NCBI GenBank assembly: GCA_020444425.1
Contig: JAHLLB010000002.1
Span: forward strand, 13,250-77,249
Source of the DNA: a bacterium
GTDB taxonomy: Bacteria; Electryoneota; Electryoneia; Electryoneales; Electryoneaceae
DNA: 64,000 bases
Reading direction: 5' to 3'
The position numbers and the translations under genes were made by a program. This document shows, one piece after another, positions 12,501 to 20,982 of this stretch (position 1 is the stretch's first letter; every line of letters starts with the position of its first letter). The notes under the pieces are model-generated. The model saw only the letters and a program-made list of their open reading frames with translations. It ran no database searches and was not told where the DNA came from.

Positions 12501-12679
12501 TTCGCCGCCTTGTAGCCCTGCACCAGTCCGCTGACACGGTTACGGTCGGTGAACGCGAGGGCGGCATGACCGGCTTCGGCAGAGGCCTGAGCGAGTTCTT
12601 TGACCGTGCCCGCGCCTTCGTGGAAGGAATACGGTGTGTGTACGTGCAACGGGACGATATGGGTAGCGTCGAGGGGCAT
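9512..12679 (-). CDS. dnaE2: Error-prone DNA polymerase DnaE2 (ImuC), a C-family polymerase alpha subunit
   Basis: The 1055-aa product has an N-terminal PHP domain (HLHVHTPYSFHEGAGTVKEL), the polymerase III alpha palm and fingers, and an OB-fold. Its length and the imuB gene immediately upstream point to DnaE2 rather than the replicative DnaE. Confidence 0.88.
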   Translation of the reverse strand: MPLDATHIVPLHVHTPYSFHEGAGTVKELAQASAEAGHAALAFTDRNRVSGLVQGYKAAKANEIRPVLGLLLDEPGDPSRTMLLWAKDATGYAAICRAASARQLEQDFRLSHAIRELGEGVIAASDRPDLLMALREQLTPGDVYANLIAFDNPHTRDHARRTWDAGRSLSLPFIATAPVTHVHPEQRETVRLLRAIGERTVLSRQGDHQLGHALVDIPHLYDCFASVPEALHNTASLAERCDVDLRLGELKFPAPHLPDGVEAFDELRHRAERGSRERYGPAPPDAVRERLAYELGVIDHLGFTGYMLVVHDIARKAWARGVRTLGRGSAANSMVCYCLRLTDICPLKYDLYFERFLNPERSSPPDIDLDFSWRDRDDILHGVYDTYGDDHVAMIATYVTFAARAALHETALAYGMPEEEIGRITRHIPHFSHPSSLAALKDETPECRNLPLDKEPWLSIANAAQTILSLPRHLSIHAGGIVITPTPITDWSALERANKGFVITHYDMYSVEDLGLVKIDLLSQRSLGVLKDTCSMVRRNGDGLNPLVDDTETVFRDVPTRTMLRTGKTMGVFYVESPGMIALLQKLDCDNFEGLVAASSVIRPGVSESGMMEQYIERVNDPSKATYLHPKMKTLLAETHSVMIYQEDVIKVAHHIAGLPLGRADLLRRAMSGKGRSHEAMRKLREEFRLGCHERGVTPKIADELWRQIESFAGYSFCKAHSASFAVLSMQLAYLKAYHPAEFYAAVLANGGGYYSQAAYVTDAKRNGLQVLLPHINRSEREHFGKNQTIQLGLRGVGALRDETLDLILQNRRELGPFRHLGDFIMRIRPARDEAEALIACGALDGLGVNRPTLLRNLRAGFDAYRNGPGPLAIDADDLFTHLPPSDDWTEQQKYMAERKVLGFSPGTHPLALLDLPDRGCIPSREMGSYCGQHVNMIGWAYSHKRITTRKNKQQMEFIAMEDLTGRFEVTVFPRVYERHAPILRGNGPYLVHGLIEEHHGVFSMTADWVQLIETESSFNGHAREVPRLGISQQHEGPREALQYGSGGRSFKRAK

Positions 12680-12911
12680 GGGATTCCAGACAGAGAGTTG
12701 AGGGTGTCATCCTGAACGAAATGAAAAATCTGCGTTCCAGATGATCCGCTCTTGAGTTGTTATGAAGTCGTTCCAACCAGATTCTTCACATCGCCGGGCG
12801 ATGTTCAGAATGACACCTCATTCAGACAGAGTGTGCTGTCATCAGGATTTGGTGCGAAAATGTGTTCCGGGCGGTGTCTCACGTCTCATGTCTCAAATCT
12901 CGTATCTGCTC
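12680..12911. repeat. Structured 232-bp spacer inside the imuB-dnaE2 operon, containing inverted repeats and a tandem heptamer
   Basis: GGTGTCATCCTGAAC at about 12704-12718 is matched by a near reverse complement GTTCAGAATGACACC at about 12795-12809 (14 of 15 positions). The direct repeat CAGACAGAG appears near both. The heptamer (C/T)GTCTCA occurs 3 times in tandem at about 12876-12897. Confidence 0.5.
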
Positions 12912-14033
12912 CTACACCACATAGCGCACGAGATCCCGCCCCCAGCGGTCGCGGACACGCGTGACGGCGTGTGTCAGCTCGCGGTCACGGAACTGGCGTT
13001 GCGCGGGTACGAACAGGGAGAGCTGGCTGGACGGCCTGCCGCGCCAGTCCACGGACAACCGGACTTCAGAGAGACGGACGCGTCGTGTCCACAGCGCTTC
13101 CACTTGTTCCCGCGCCAGTTTCTGCCAGCTGCCTTCGTGTTCGGGGCGATTCGTGCTGAGCCGCGCGCCGCTGCGTTTGCCGTCGGTGTAACAGAGAGTC
13201 AGCAGCATCGCCCGGGGTGTTTGTCCGAGGTGGACGAGCACATGCGCCAATCCATCCGCGACGAGCCGTTCGACTGCGCGTCGCACCCGTGCGAGATTCG
13301 CCGTGTCACCGCCGAGACGTTGCCGTCCGCGCCACTGTTGCGGTGCCGGTCCGCGCATACCGAGGGCCGCGATCCGGCGCAACGCCGGTCCATCCGGCCC
13401 GAGCAGGGCGCGTAACACATCCGGCGGCAGAGTTAACAGGTTCCCGAACCGGTGCACACCGATTTCCGCCAGTGCCGCGAGTTGCAACGCGCTGAGATCC
13501 GGCAGCAAGCGCAGTGGTTGCGGCGCGAGGAACTCACGGACACCGTGTTCCGGAACTTCGAGCGTTTCACCCACCGGCGCGATGGACGCCGCAATTTCCG
13601 CGACCGCATCCCCCGGTGCGATCCCCAACGCAACCTCGTACCTGAGTGCGTGCAGCTGATTGGCTGCTCGTTCGAGTGCCGTGTGCAGGAACCGCCGTCC
13701 CCGTGACCACAGCGCCTGCACCACGCCTGGACGGATCACGTACGGATCCGGCAGATCCTGCGACAACTGGTGGAGCAGTTGCTGTTCCCCGGAGATGTAT
13801 CGTTCCGGGTTGGCGTGGGTAATTTCGCCGCGGAATCCGTGTAACCTCCCGATTCGCATGCCGGGACGAGCACCCTGTACCACAGCCAACGGGCACGCGG
13901 AGAGGATCAAGGATCGATCGCCCTCCCCGGTGCAGACCAGCAGTGGACAGTCGTCCGGCAGATGCTGCAGCCGTCGCTCAAGCAGAGCGTAGAATCCCGG
14001 AATCCGGAGGACGATATGTGTGTTGTTCAGCAT
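12912..14033 (-). CDS. imuB: ImuB, a Y-family polymerase-like protein of the SOS mutagenesis cassette
   Basis: The 373-aa product has a Y-family (UmuC/DinB-like) N-terminal fold (MLNNTHIVLRIPGFYALLERR...). Its position directly upstream of dnaE2 is the conserved cassette arrangement. No imuA is present. Confidence 0.78.
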   Translation of the reverse strand: MLNNTHIVLRIPGFYALLERRLQHLPDDCPLLVCTGEGDRSLILSACPLAVVQGARPGMRIGRLHGFRGEITHANPERYISGEQQLLHQLSQDLPDPYVIRPGVVQALWSRGRRFLHTALERAANQLHALRYEVALGIAPGDAVAEIAASIAPVGETLEVPEHGVREFLAPQPLRLLPDLSALQLAALAEIGVHRFGNLLTLPPDVLRALLGPDGPALRRIAALGMRGPAPQQWRGRQRLGGDTANLARVRRAVERLVADGLAHVLVHLGQTPRAMLLTLCYTDGKRSGARLSTNRPEHEGSWQKLAREQVEALWTRRVRLSEVRLSVDWRGRPSSQLSLFVPAQRQFRDRELTHAVTRVRDRWGRDLVRYVV

Positions 14034-14047
14034 GGCGACAAGATACT

Positions 14048-14059
14048 GAACATCCGTTC
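14048..14059. promoter_or_regulatory. Putative LexA (SOS) operator GAACATCCGTTC (GAAC-N4-GTTC type)
   Basis: This is a perfect GAAC-N4-GTTC palindrome 15 nt upstream of the imuB start. The site is of the Cheo-box type used by Gram-positive bacteria and several other phyla, and imuB-dnaE2 cassettes are classically LexA-regulated. Confidence 0.55.
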
Positions 14060-14241
14060 AATTTGCAAGGGGAAATGATATGCCAGGATCTAAGGAATCG
14101 GTTGTGGTGAAGGGAATTCGACGGTTGGAGCCGGGAGAGCATGCGATCTCGCGAGACTGGAAATAGTGATGATTTTGCGCATTAGATAATGTAGATTATC
14201 GACAATTGGCAAAAGTCGGGTGATCGTTACCGGGGCAGGGT

Positions 14242-16053
14242 ATGTTTGGTAAAGACCGCAAACGCGCCACGCAAGATCTGGTGATGCAGGAGTTAAAAAC
14301 TGTTGGCGCGGAAACACCGTCGAAGCAGCGGCAGTACCGCAAGGGTACGATCAAGCTGAGCGATGCGAAGCTGGTTGAACGACTCCGTTTTCACGGCCTC
14401 TCGGAAGAGGATCTTGGAGTGATCGCGACGTGGGAGCCCACCTGCCGCAAGGTGTCGGACAAACTCGTCGACATCTTCTACGATCGTGTTCTGAAGCAGC
14501 CGGAGACGAAAGCGATTCTGCTCAAGTATTCATCCGTCGAGAAGCAGCGTCCCCGATTGACGAAATACGTTCTCACCCTCTTCTCTGGTGTAATCGACGA
14601 CTCGTACATCGCATTCCGTGTTCACGTCGGAAAAATGCATGACGACATCGACCTGGATTCGAACTGGTATGTCGCGATGTACGAAATTATCCGGCAGGTG
14701 CTGGTGCAGGCGGTACGTGACGATGGCGCGACAGACGGCGAGGCGCAGCGCTTCGCCGATGCGTTGAACCGGCTGATCCAGGTTGACATTGCGTTGGTTA
14801 CCACTGCGCTTGGCGATTCACGGATGGGCAAGATTCACGCGCTACGCAAGAAGCAGGCGGAAACAATGCAGAGCCTGATCAATGAACTGATCGGTGCCGC
14901 GCGTGAAGGGAAGCTCAGCACCCGAGTCAACCCGGACAAGTACGAGGGCGAGGTCCGCACATTCGTCATCGCGGTCAACGAGATGCTCGACGCGATTGTC
15001 AAGCCGGTACAGGAAGCGTCAACAGTTTTGCGCCGGATTGCGGACCAGGATCTGACCGCACGTGTCGAGGGCGCATATCTCGGCGATCATGCGCTGATCA
15101 AGGACGCATTGAACAAGGCGACGGCGAAGCTGCAAAGCGCGTTGATTGAGGTCGGCAGCGCGGTCGATGAGGTGAATACTGGCTCCACGCAGGTCGCGTT
15201 GGCCAGCCAGTCACTTTCGGATGGATCGACTCAGCAGGCGAGTTCGCTGGAAGAGATCAGTTCCACGATGGACCAGATCACATCCCAGACTCGTCAGACG
15301 GCGGACAATTCGTCAGAAGCGCAGGCGCTGAGCGTGGATGCGCGTTCCGGTGCCGAAGAGGGCAACCGCCGGATGAAGGAGATGTTGGATGCGATGCACG
15401 AGATTAACGAAGCGTCCAGCAAGATTTCGAAGATCATCAAGGTGATTGATGAAATCGCGTTCCAGACCAACCTGCTGGCGTTGAATGCGGCGGTCGAGGC
15501 GGCGCGTGCCGGTGTACACGGCAAGGGTTTCGCGGTGGTCGCGGAAGAGGTGCGCAACCTGGCCGGCCGCAGTGCCCGGGCCGCCAAGGAAACTACCGAG
15601 CTGATCGAAGGTTCGTTGTCCAAGGTCGAGAAGGGGTACGAACTGGCGAATGAGACCGCCACCTCTTTGGGTGCGATCGTGGAATCGGTGACCAAGATGA
15701 CCGACATCATCAGCGAAATCGCGAGTGCATCTCGTGAACAGGCGTCCGGCATCGATCAGATGAACGCCGCGCTGGTGCAGATCGGTGAGGTGACACAGGG
15801 CAACGCGGCAAACTCGGAAGAATCCGCGGCAGCGTCGGAAGAGTTGTCCGGGCAGGCGATGCAATTGCAGAGGATGGTGAACAATTTCGAGCTGGGTATC
15901 GGCAGGAAACACCTGTCTCAGCAGAAGAAGCCGCAGCAACGGCCCGGTGGGAATGCACAACGGTCCGCGATGACCGGCTCGCAATCCCCGGCCTCGCAGC
16001 GGAAGAAAACACCGGCGATCAAGTTGGATGACGACGACTTCGGTGGATTCTGA
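14242..16053 (+). CDS. hemAT: Globin-coupled methyl-accepting chemotaxis protein (HemAT-like aerotaxis transducer)
   Basis: The N-terminal roughly 190 aa align motif-for-motif with the sensor globin of Bacillus HemAT: MFGKDRK..., then [20 protein letters not shown], which includes the proximal-His position, and WYVAMYEII. The C-terminus carries HAMP and MCP signalling domains, including the conserved hairpin [21 protein letters not shown]. Confidence 0.88.
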   Translation: MFGKDRKRATQDLVMQELKTVGAETPSKQRQYRKGTIKLSDAKLVERLRFHGLSEEDLGVIATWEPTCRKVSDKLVDIFYDRVLKQPETKAILLKYSSVEKQRPRLTKYVLTLFSGVIDDSYIAFRVHVGKMHDDIDLDSNWYVAMYEIIRQVLVQAVRDDGATDGEAQRFADALNRLIQVDIALVTTALGDSRMGKIHALRKKQAETMQSLINELIGAAREGKLSTRVNPDKYEGEVRTFVIAVNEMLDAIVKPVQEASTVLRRIADQDLTARVEGAYLGDHALIKDALNKATAKLQSALIEVGSAVDEVNTGSTQVALASQSLSDGSTQQASSLEEISSTMDQITSQTRQTADNSSEAQALSVDARSGAEEGNRRMKEMLDAMHEINEASSKISKIIKVIDEIAFQTNLLALNAAVEAARAGVHGKGFAVVAEEVRNLAGRSARAAKETTELIEGSLSKVEKGYELANETATSLGAIVESVTKMTDIISEIASASREQASGIDQMNAALVQIGEVTQGNAANSEESAAASEELSGQAMQLQRMVNNFELGIGRKHLSQQKKPQQRPGGNAQRSAMTGSQSPASQRKKTPAIKLDDDDFGGF

Positions 16054-16126
16054 TCGTTGATCGAACGCGAAAACCGTGAACAGGCAGCTCATCCGATGGG
16101 ATGGGCTGTTTTCATTTCGTCCGTCG

Positions 16127-16549
16127 CTACTGATCCGGGATCAACCGCTTACCCATCGACACGACGGCGTCGACCTTGTACCCGACCCGTTCGTAGAACT
16201 CGATGGCGGCGCGGTTGGTCTCTCGAACCTGCAGGTTCAGTTTCGGACAGCCGCGCTCAAGCAATAGTTGTTCGAGTGCGGCCATCATCTGGCGTCCCAA
16301 TCCCCGGTGGCGATGGTCCGGGTTGACGGCGAGGTAGTTGACCCAGCCCCGGTGGCCGTCGTAGCCCCCCATCGCACTGGCGACGACCTCAGTCCCGTCC
16401 ACTCCGACGAGAAACAGTTCTGACTGCACGGTTCGTTTGCGTGCGATATCCTTTGCCGGATCGTTCCACGGGACCGTTAACCCGCAAAGTTCCCACAGCC
16501 GCACGACGGCATCCCGGTCGGTGTCCTGATACGGTCGAATTTGTATCAT
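16127..16549 (-). CDS. GNAT-family N-acetyltransferase
   Basis: The product has the GNAT acetyl-CoA motif (RHRGLGRQMMAALEQ). The start is moved to the second Met (MIQIRPYQ) because the first would overlap the T-tract of the upstream terminator, and GGGGGA lies 9 nt before the second Met. Confidence 0.75.
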   Translation of the reverse strand: MIQIRPYQDTDRDAVVRLWELCGLTVPWNDPAKDIARKRTVQSELFLVGVDGTEVVASAMGGYDGHRGWVNYLAVNPDHRHRGLGRQMMAALEQLLLERGCPKLNLQVRETNRAAIEFYERVGYKVDAVVSMGKRLIPDQ

Positions 16550-16567
16550 CGGTAGTTTCCCCCACAT

Positions 16568-16600
16568 AAAAAAGGCTCCGGAAATCCGGAGCCTTTGTGA
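16568..16600. terminator. Strong rho-independent terminator at the end of the RND operon
   Basis: A perfect 9-bp stem (AGGCTCCGG ... CCGGAGCCT) is followed on the minus strand by TTTTTTAT and preceded on the plus strand by A-runs. It lies directly after the RND permease stop at 16609. Confidence 0.8.
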
Positions 16601-16608
16601 ACGTCAGG

Positions 16609-19600
16609 TTACGAAACCGTTTCTCCGGCAGCTATCCGTTTCTTCTCCCCTTTTAATTCCATCGCAACGAAGAGAACGGGGATCACGAACAGGCCGAGTG
16701 CGGTCGAGACCAGCAGGCCGCCAATCGCGACGACGGCCATCGGTGCGCGGAATTCACCACCGGCACCGATACCCAGTGCCAACGGCATCATCCCCAGTGC
16801 GGTCGCCAGCGAGCTCATCAGAATCGGACGCAGCCGAACCGGGCAGGCTGTCAGAACGGCATCCACCAGCCCGTTCCCGTCACGGCGCAGTTCCTGCGTG
16901 TAGTCGATCAGCAGAATCCCGTTGTTGACCACGATCCCTACGAGCATCACGATTGCCATCAGGGAGAACATTGAGATGCTCATGCCGGTCATCACCAATC
17001 CCATCGACACACCGATCAGCGCCAGCGGCAACGTCATCATGATGATCAACGGGAAGCGGTAGCTTTCCAGGATCGCCGCGAGCAGCATGTAGGTCAGTAC
17101 GATAGCCAGCACCAGTGCCTGCAGCAGGCTGGTGAACGAAGACGCCATGTTCTCGGCATCACCGCCGAAGTACACATTGACCCCATCCGGCAGTAACGGA
17201 CTCGGAACCGGGATGGTGCTGCTTTCACCTCGCAGGATGTCCTTCATCAACTGCGCCGGATCGGTCGCCGGAAGTCGCATCACTTCCGCGATCTGAGTCT
17301 GCAGTTCACCTGTGGTGATGTTCACCGAGTTTGCCGACACCGTGACCATGCGCAGCTTGTTCTTGCGATTGATCTGGGTCGGACCCGTGCCGTAACGGAT
17401 GTCCGCCACTGCTTTCAGCGGGATGAAGCCGTTCGGTGCCTGAACCAGGAGGTCTTCCAGTGATTCGACACGGTTGCGCTCTTCCTCCCGAAGCTGCACG
17501 CGGATATCATACTCCTCGCCCGCTTCACGGAACGTGGTTTCGGTCGCACCCTCGAAGAACGTTCGCAGCACTCCCGCGATTTCCTGCACGGAAACGCCAC
17601 GGTCCGCCATTTTAATACGGTCCGGCCGGACGACGATTTCCGGCTTGCCGGTTTCCCAGTCGCTGCGAACATCAACGGCGTTCCCCGTGCTGCGGATCAG
17701 CTCGATGGTCTTGTCAGCCGCTTCGACGAGATCGTCCTGGTCCCGTCCCTGTAGCTGGATCTGGATGTCGGCGCTGGAGCCGCCGCCGAACTGCGTCGCT
17801 TCCATGACGAGGATTTCTGCTGCCGGTACATCGGCCAGCCGCCCGCGTAGTTCCTTCACGACTTCGCTGGTCGGCGGGTAGTTGTTGTTCTCAACGTCCG
17901 CAAGAGTGGCGAACACGTAGCCGTACTGCACACCAGTTGCACTGCCAAGGTCGTCTCCACCGCTCTGTCCCAACGCAGTGTACAGGGATTTGACTTCCGG
18001 GTACGCGGAGACTTCTTCTTCCACGCGCTGCAGCACACGGTCGGTTTCTTCCAGCCGTGAGCCGGCGGGCATTTCCACCGCGACCCGCAGCCGGCGTTCA
18101 TCGTAACTCGGGAAGAACTCACTGCCGATGAAGCTGAACAGGAACAAACCGAACACGAAGATCAGGCTGGTCAAGCCGAGAATGATGAAACGGTGTTTGA
18201 TCGCCCAACTCAGTCCAATGCGGTAATCACTGGCCAGTTCGTTGTACCATTTGTCCCAGCCACGTGCGAAGGCCTTCACCCCGCCCAGCTTGTCCGCCAG
18301 TGCGATCAGCGCCACGACTCCCGCGACCACGGCTGCCGTGATCGGACCAAGAATGATCCACACGGCTGCCAGGGTGAGCAGCGCAACGAAGGCGTACGTC
18401 TTCGCTTTCAGTTTCTGCGACGCCATCATCGGTGTTAAGGTGAAGCTGACCAACAGGCTGAAGATCGTCGCAAACGCAACCGTCAACCCGAACTGACGGA
18501 AGATCGGCCCGATAATGCCCGCCATGAACGCCATTGGAGTGAAGACCACGATGTTCGTGAGGGTTGCCGCCGAGACGGCCACCGCAATCTGCCCGGTGCC
18601 CTTGCTGGCCGCTTCCCTGAGCGAGAGTCCTTCCTCTCGCAAGCGCTCGATATTTTCGAGCACCACGATAGCGTTCACCACGAGAATTCCGACCGAGATC
18701 GCCAGTCCCATCAGGCTCATCACGTTAATCGTGAAGTTGGCGGCCTCGAGCAGAGTGAACGTGGACACAATCGAAATCGGCATTGCCACTGCGGCGATGA
18801 CCGTACCACGCCAGCTGTGCAGGAAGAGGAACAACACCAGCGCCGTGAACAGGATTCCGAGCACGAGGTTTCCGGACACATCCGCGACTGAGTCACGGAT
18901 GAACTTGCTGGAATCTGAGGCGATTTTGATGTCAACACCGGCGGGCATCATCTTCTGCAGGCGCTCAACCGTCGAGAAAATGTCGTCCGCCACCTGAACC
19001 GTGTTCGCGTCGGAACGTTTGACGAGGTTCAGCCCAATGGACGGTGTCCCGTTGAATCGCGCCAACTCTCGCATCTCCGCGAAATCGTCAACGACGTTCG
19101 CGATCGCATCGAGCCTGATCGGTCCGGACGCGGTCTGCAGTTGCAGCGCACGGATCTCGTCCACCGCTTCCAGTTCACCTTCGACACGGACGGTGTATTC
19201 GCTGCGGCCCTTTTCAATGCGTCCAGCCGGGATATCGAGGTTCGCAGCTGTCAACGCGCCAACGATCTGCATCGGATTGATCTGGTACGCACGCATCAGC
19301 TTCGTCGAGAGTTCGACGCGAATCTCGCGTTCCTTCTCGCCGATGACGTCCACATTCGCCAGTCCCGGAATCTTCTGCAATTCCGGACGGATCTGCTGAT
19401 CCACCAGCAGATACAGGTCTTCCAGCGGCAGGTCACCAATGACGGCCAGGTTGACAATCGCGGACGCACCCATATCGAACTTCTGCACGATCGGGTCCTG
19501 GATGTCGTCCGGCAGGTCGTTGCGGATTGCGTCAACCTTGTCTTTGATGTCAATCGCCCGGATGTCGACATCCTCACCGAGCTGCAGCTCGATCAGGGTG

Positions 19601-19869
19601 ACAGACACCCCTTCCTGCGCAATGGAATAGATCGTTTTCACGCCGGATACACTGCTTGCGGCATCTTCCAGCGGTTCCGCCAGCAGCGTTTCAATTTCTT
19701 CCGGACCGGCGCCGGGGTACACGGTCGTTACCGTGACGAACGGGAAATCGATCTCGGGAAACAGGTCGATACCCAGACGTGTCAGGCTGAACAGGCCGAT
19801 GACGACGAAGGTGAAAATCACCATCGTCATCAACACCGGGCGCTTGATGGATAAATCAGCCAGTACCAT
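16609..19869 (-). CDS. RND efflux permease (AcrB/CzcA family, HAE1-like)
   Basis: The 1086-aa product has 12 transmembrane segments in a 2 x 6 layout with two large periplasmic loops. Its N-terminus (MVLADLSIKRPVLMTMVIFTF) is typical of AcrB. Confidence 0.92.
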   Translation of the reverse strand: MVLADLSIKRPVLMTMVIFTFVVIGLFSLTRLGIDLFPEIDFPFVTVTTVYPGAGPEEIETLLAEPLEDAASSVSGVKTIYSIAQEGVSVTLIELQLGEDVDIRAIDIKDKVDAIRNDLPDDIQDPIVQKFDMGASAIVNLAVIGDLPLEDLYLLVDQQIRPELQKIPGLANVDVIGEKEREIRVELSTKLMRAYQINPMQIVGALTAANLDIPAGRIEKGRSEYTVRVEGELEAVDEIRALQLQTASGPIRLDAIANVVDDFAEMRELARFNGTPSIGLNLVKRSDANTVQVADDIFSTVERLQKMMPAGVDIKIASDSSKFIRDSVADVSGNLVLGILFTALVLFLFLHSWRGTVIAAVAMPISIVSTFTLLEAANFTINVMSLMGLAISVGILVVNAIVVLENIERLREEGLSLREAASKGTGQIAVAVSAATLTNIVVFTPMAFMAGIIGPIFRQFGLTVAFATIFSLLVSFTLTPMMASQKLKAKTYAFVALLTLAAVWIILGPITAAVVAGVVALIALADKLGGVKAFARGWDKWYNELASDYRIGLSWAIKHRFIILGLTSLIFVFGLFLFSFIGSEFFPSYDERRLRVAVEMPAGSRLEETDRVLQRVEEEVSAYPEVKSLYTALGQSGGDDLGSATGVQYGYVFATLADVENNNYPPTSEVVKELRGRLADVPAAEILVMEATQFGGGSSADIQIQLQGRDQDDLVEAADKTIELIRSTGNAVDVRSDWETGKPEIVVRPDRIKMADRGVSVQEIAGVLRTFFEGATETTFREAGEEYDIRVQLREEERNRVESLEDLLVQAPNGFIPLKAVADIRYGTGPTQINRKNKLRMVTVSANSVNITTGELQTQIAEVMRLPATDPAQLMKDILRGESSTIPVPSPLLPDGVNVYFGGDAENMASSFTSLLQALVLAIVLTYMLLAAILESYRFPLIIMMTLPLALIGVSMGLVMTGMSISMFSLMAIVMLVGIVVNNGILLIDYTQELRRDGNGLVDAVLTACPVRLRPILMSSLATALGMMPLALGIGAGGEFRAPMAVVAIGGLLVSTALGLFVIPVLFVAMELKGEKKRIAAGETVS

Positions 19870-19893
19870 GGAGATATCTGTTCCTGTGAATCT

Positions 19894-20955
19894 TTAGTTG
19901 GATGTCGTCGACGAAACTTCATCGACCAGTTTCACACGTGCACCGTCTTCAAGTGCGGTGTGACCATACGTGGCGACCATGTCTCCATCGCTCAGCCCCT
20001 GCAGGATCTCGACGAGGTCTTCGCCAACAACCCCACGCTGCACCGGCTGCATCTTCGCCGTAGAACCGTCCTTGACGACGAACACGAAGGTTTCGCCATC
20101 TCGTTCCAGGATCGCCTCTGCTGGCACGGCGAGGGCGTTGTCAGCCTCACCGACAACCACTTCGACAGTCGCCAGGACGCCGGGGAAAACGCTCTCCGTC
20201 ACCGGAACGGTTGCGTACACGGTGAACAGACGAGTTTCCGCAGCTGCTGACAAGCTCATGCGGGTAACCTTGCCTTCGATCTTCTCACCATTCAGGGTCA
20301 GTTTTACCGGTTGCCCAACCCGTAGCAGCGGCCGGTCTTCCTGCGTGATATCGAAGCTGACTTCGTAGGCGCCGTCGTTGATGATGGTGACCACCGGGTC
20401 GCCCGGATTTGCCAGGTCGCCTTCGTCAATGTCAATTCGTGCAACAGTACCCGAGATCGGTGCGGTCAGAGACACGGATTCATGCGCCGTGCGGTAGTTT
20501 TCTTCCGCGACTTCGTACCCGAGTTTCGCGAGGTCGAGCTGCTGTTCAGAGATCGCTCCCTCGTCGCGCAAAGCCTTCATGCGATTGAGGTCACGTTTCG
20601 AATTTTCCAGCTGCAACCGTGCCTGGCTGACTGACGCCACGCTGGCGGTGGAGTCGAAGGTGACAAGGGCGTCACCCTTCTTCACCCACTGGCCTTCCTC
20701 GACGTGGACGTCTGCGGCACGTTCCATCAGCCTGGCGGTGACCACGCTTCTGTTCCTGGCTTCGATGGTGCCATAATACGTGCGCAGCACGCGCACATCG
20801 TGACGTGCGACCGGTTGTGCAAATACCGGTATGCCGTCTCGTTGCTGGATATCGTTGATACTCAGCACTTCTTCCGATTCCTGACTACGCAGGATGCCCA
20901 GCACGAGGAACACACCAACGATGGCTATGACAACGAATCCGATGATCTTTTTCAT
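19894..20955 (-). CDS. RND periplasmic adaptor (membrane fusion protein, HlyD/AcrA family)
   Basis: It has an N-terminal membrane anchor followed by a lipoyl-like, coiled-coil and beta-barrel organisation, and lies immediately upstream of the RND pump. Confidence 0.88.
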   Translation of the reverse strand: MKKIIGFVVIAIVGVFLVLGILRSQESEEVLSINDIQQRDGIPVFAQPVARHDVRVLRTYYGTIEARNRSVVTARLMERAADVHVEEGQWVKKGDALVTFDSTASVASVSQARLQLENSKRDLNRMKALRDEGAISEQQLDLAKLGYEVAEENYRTAHESVSLTAPISGTVARIDIDEGDLANPGDPVVTIINDGAYEVSFDITQEDRPLLRVGQPVKLTLNGEKIEGKVTRMSLSAAAETRLFTVYATVPVTESVFPGVLATVEVVVGEADNALAVPAEAILERDGETFVFVVKDGSTAKMQPVQRGVVGEDLVEILQGLSDGDMVATYGHTALEDGARVKLVDEVSSTTSN

Positions 20956-20982
20956 GAATCGTCCGTAAAAGCTAGACTTCTG

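Noticed and set aside
14034-14241. An imuA gene or small ORF (14090-14317, 75 aa) upstream of imuB.
   Set aside because: The 75-aa ORF overlaps the start of the chemoreceptor gene, has no RecA-like motifs, and lies in a region better explained as a divergent promoter containing the LexA-like box.
16054-16126. Terminator after the HemAT-like gene.
   Set aside because: Only a weak 4-5-bp stem followed by TTTTCATTTCG is present, which is not convincing as an intrinsic terminator. Termination may be Rho-dependent or may read through toward the convergent GNAT gene.
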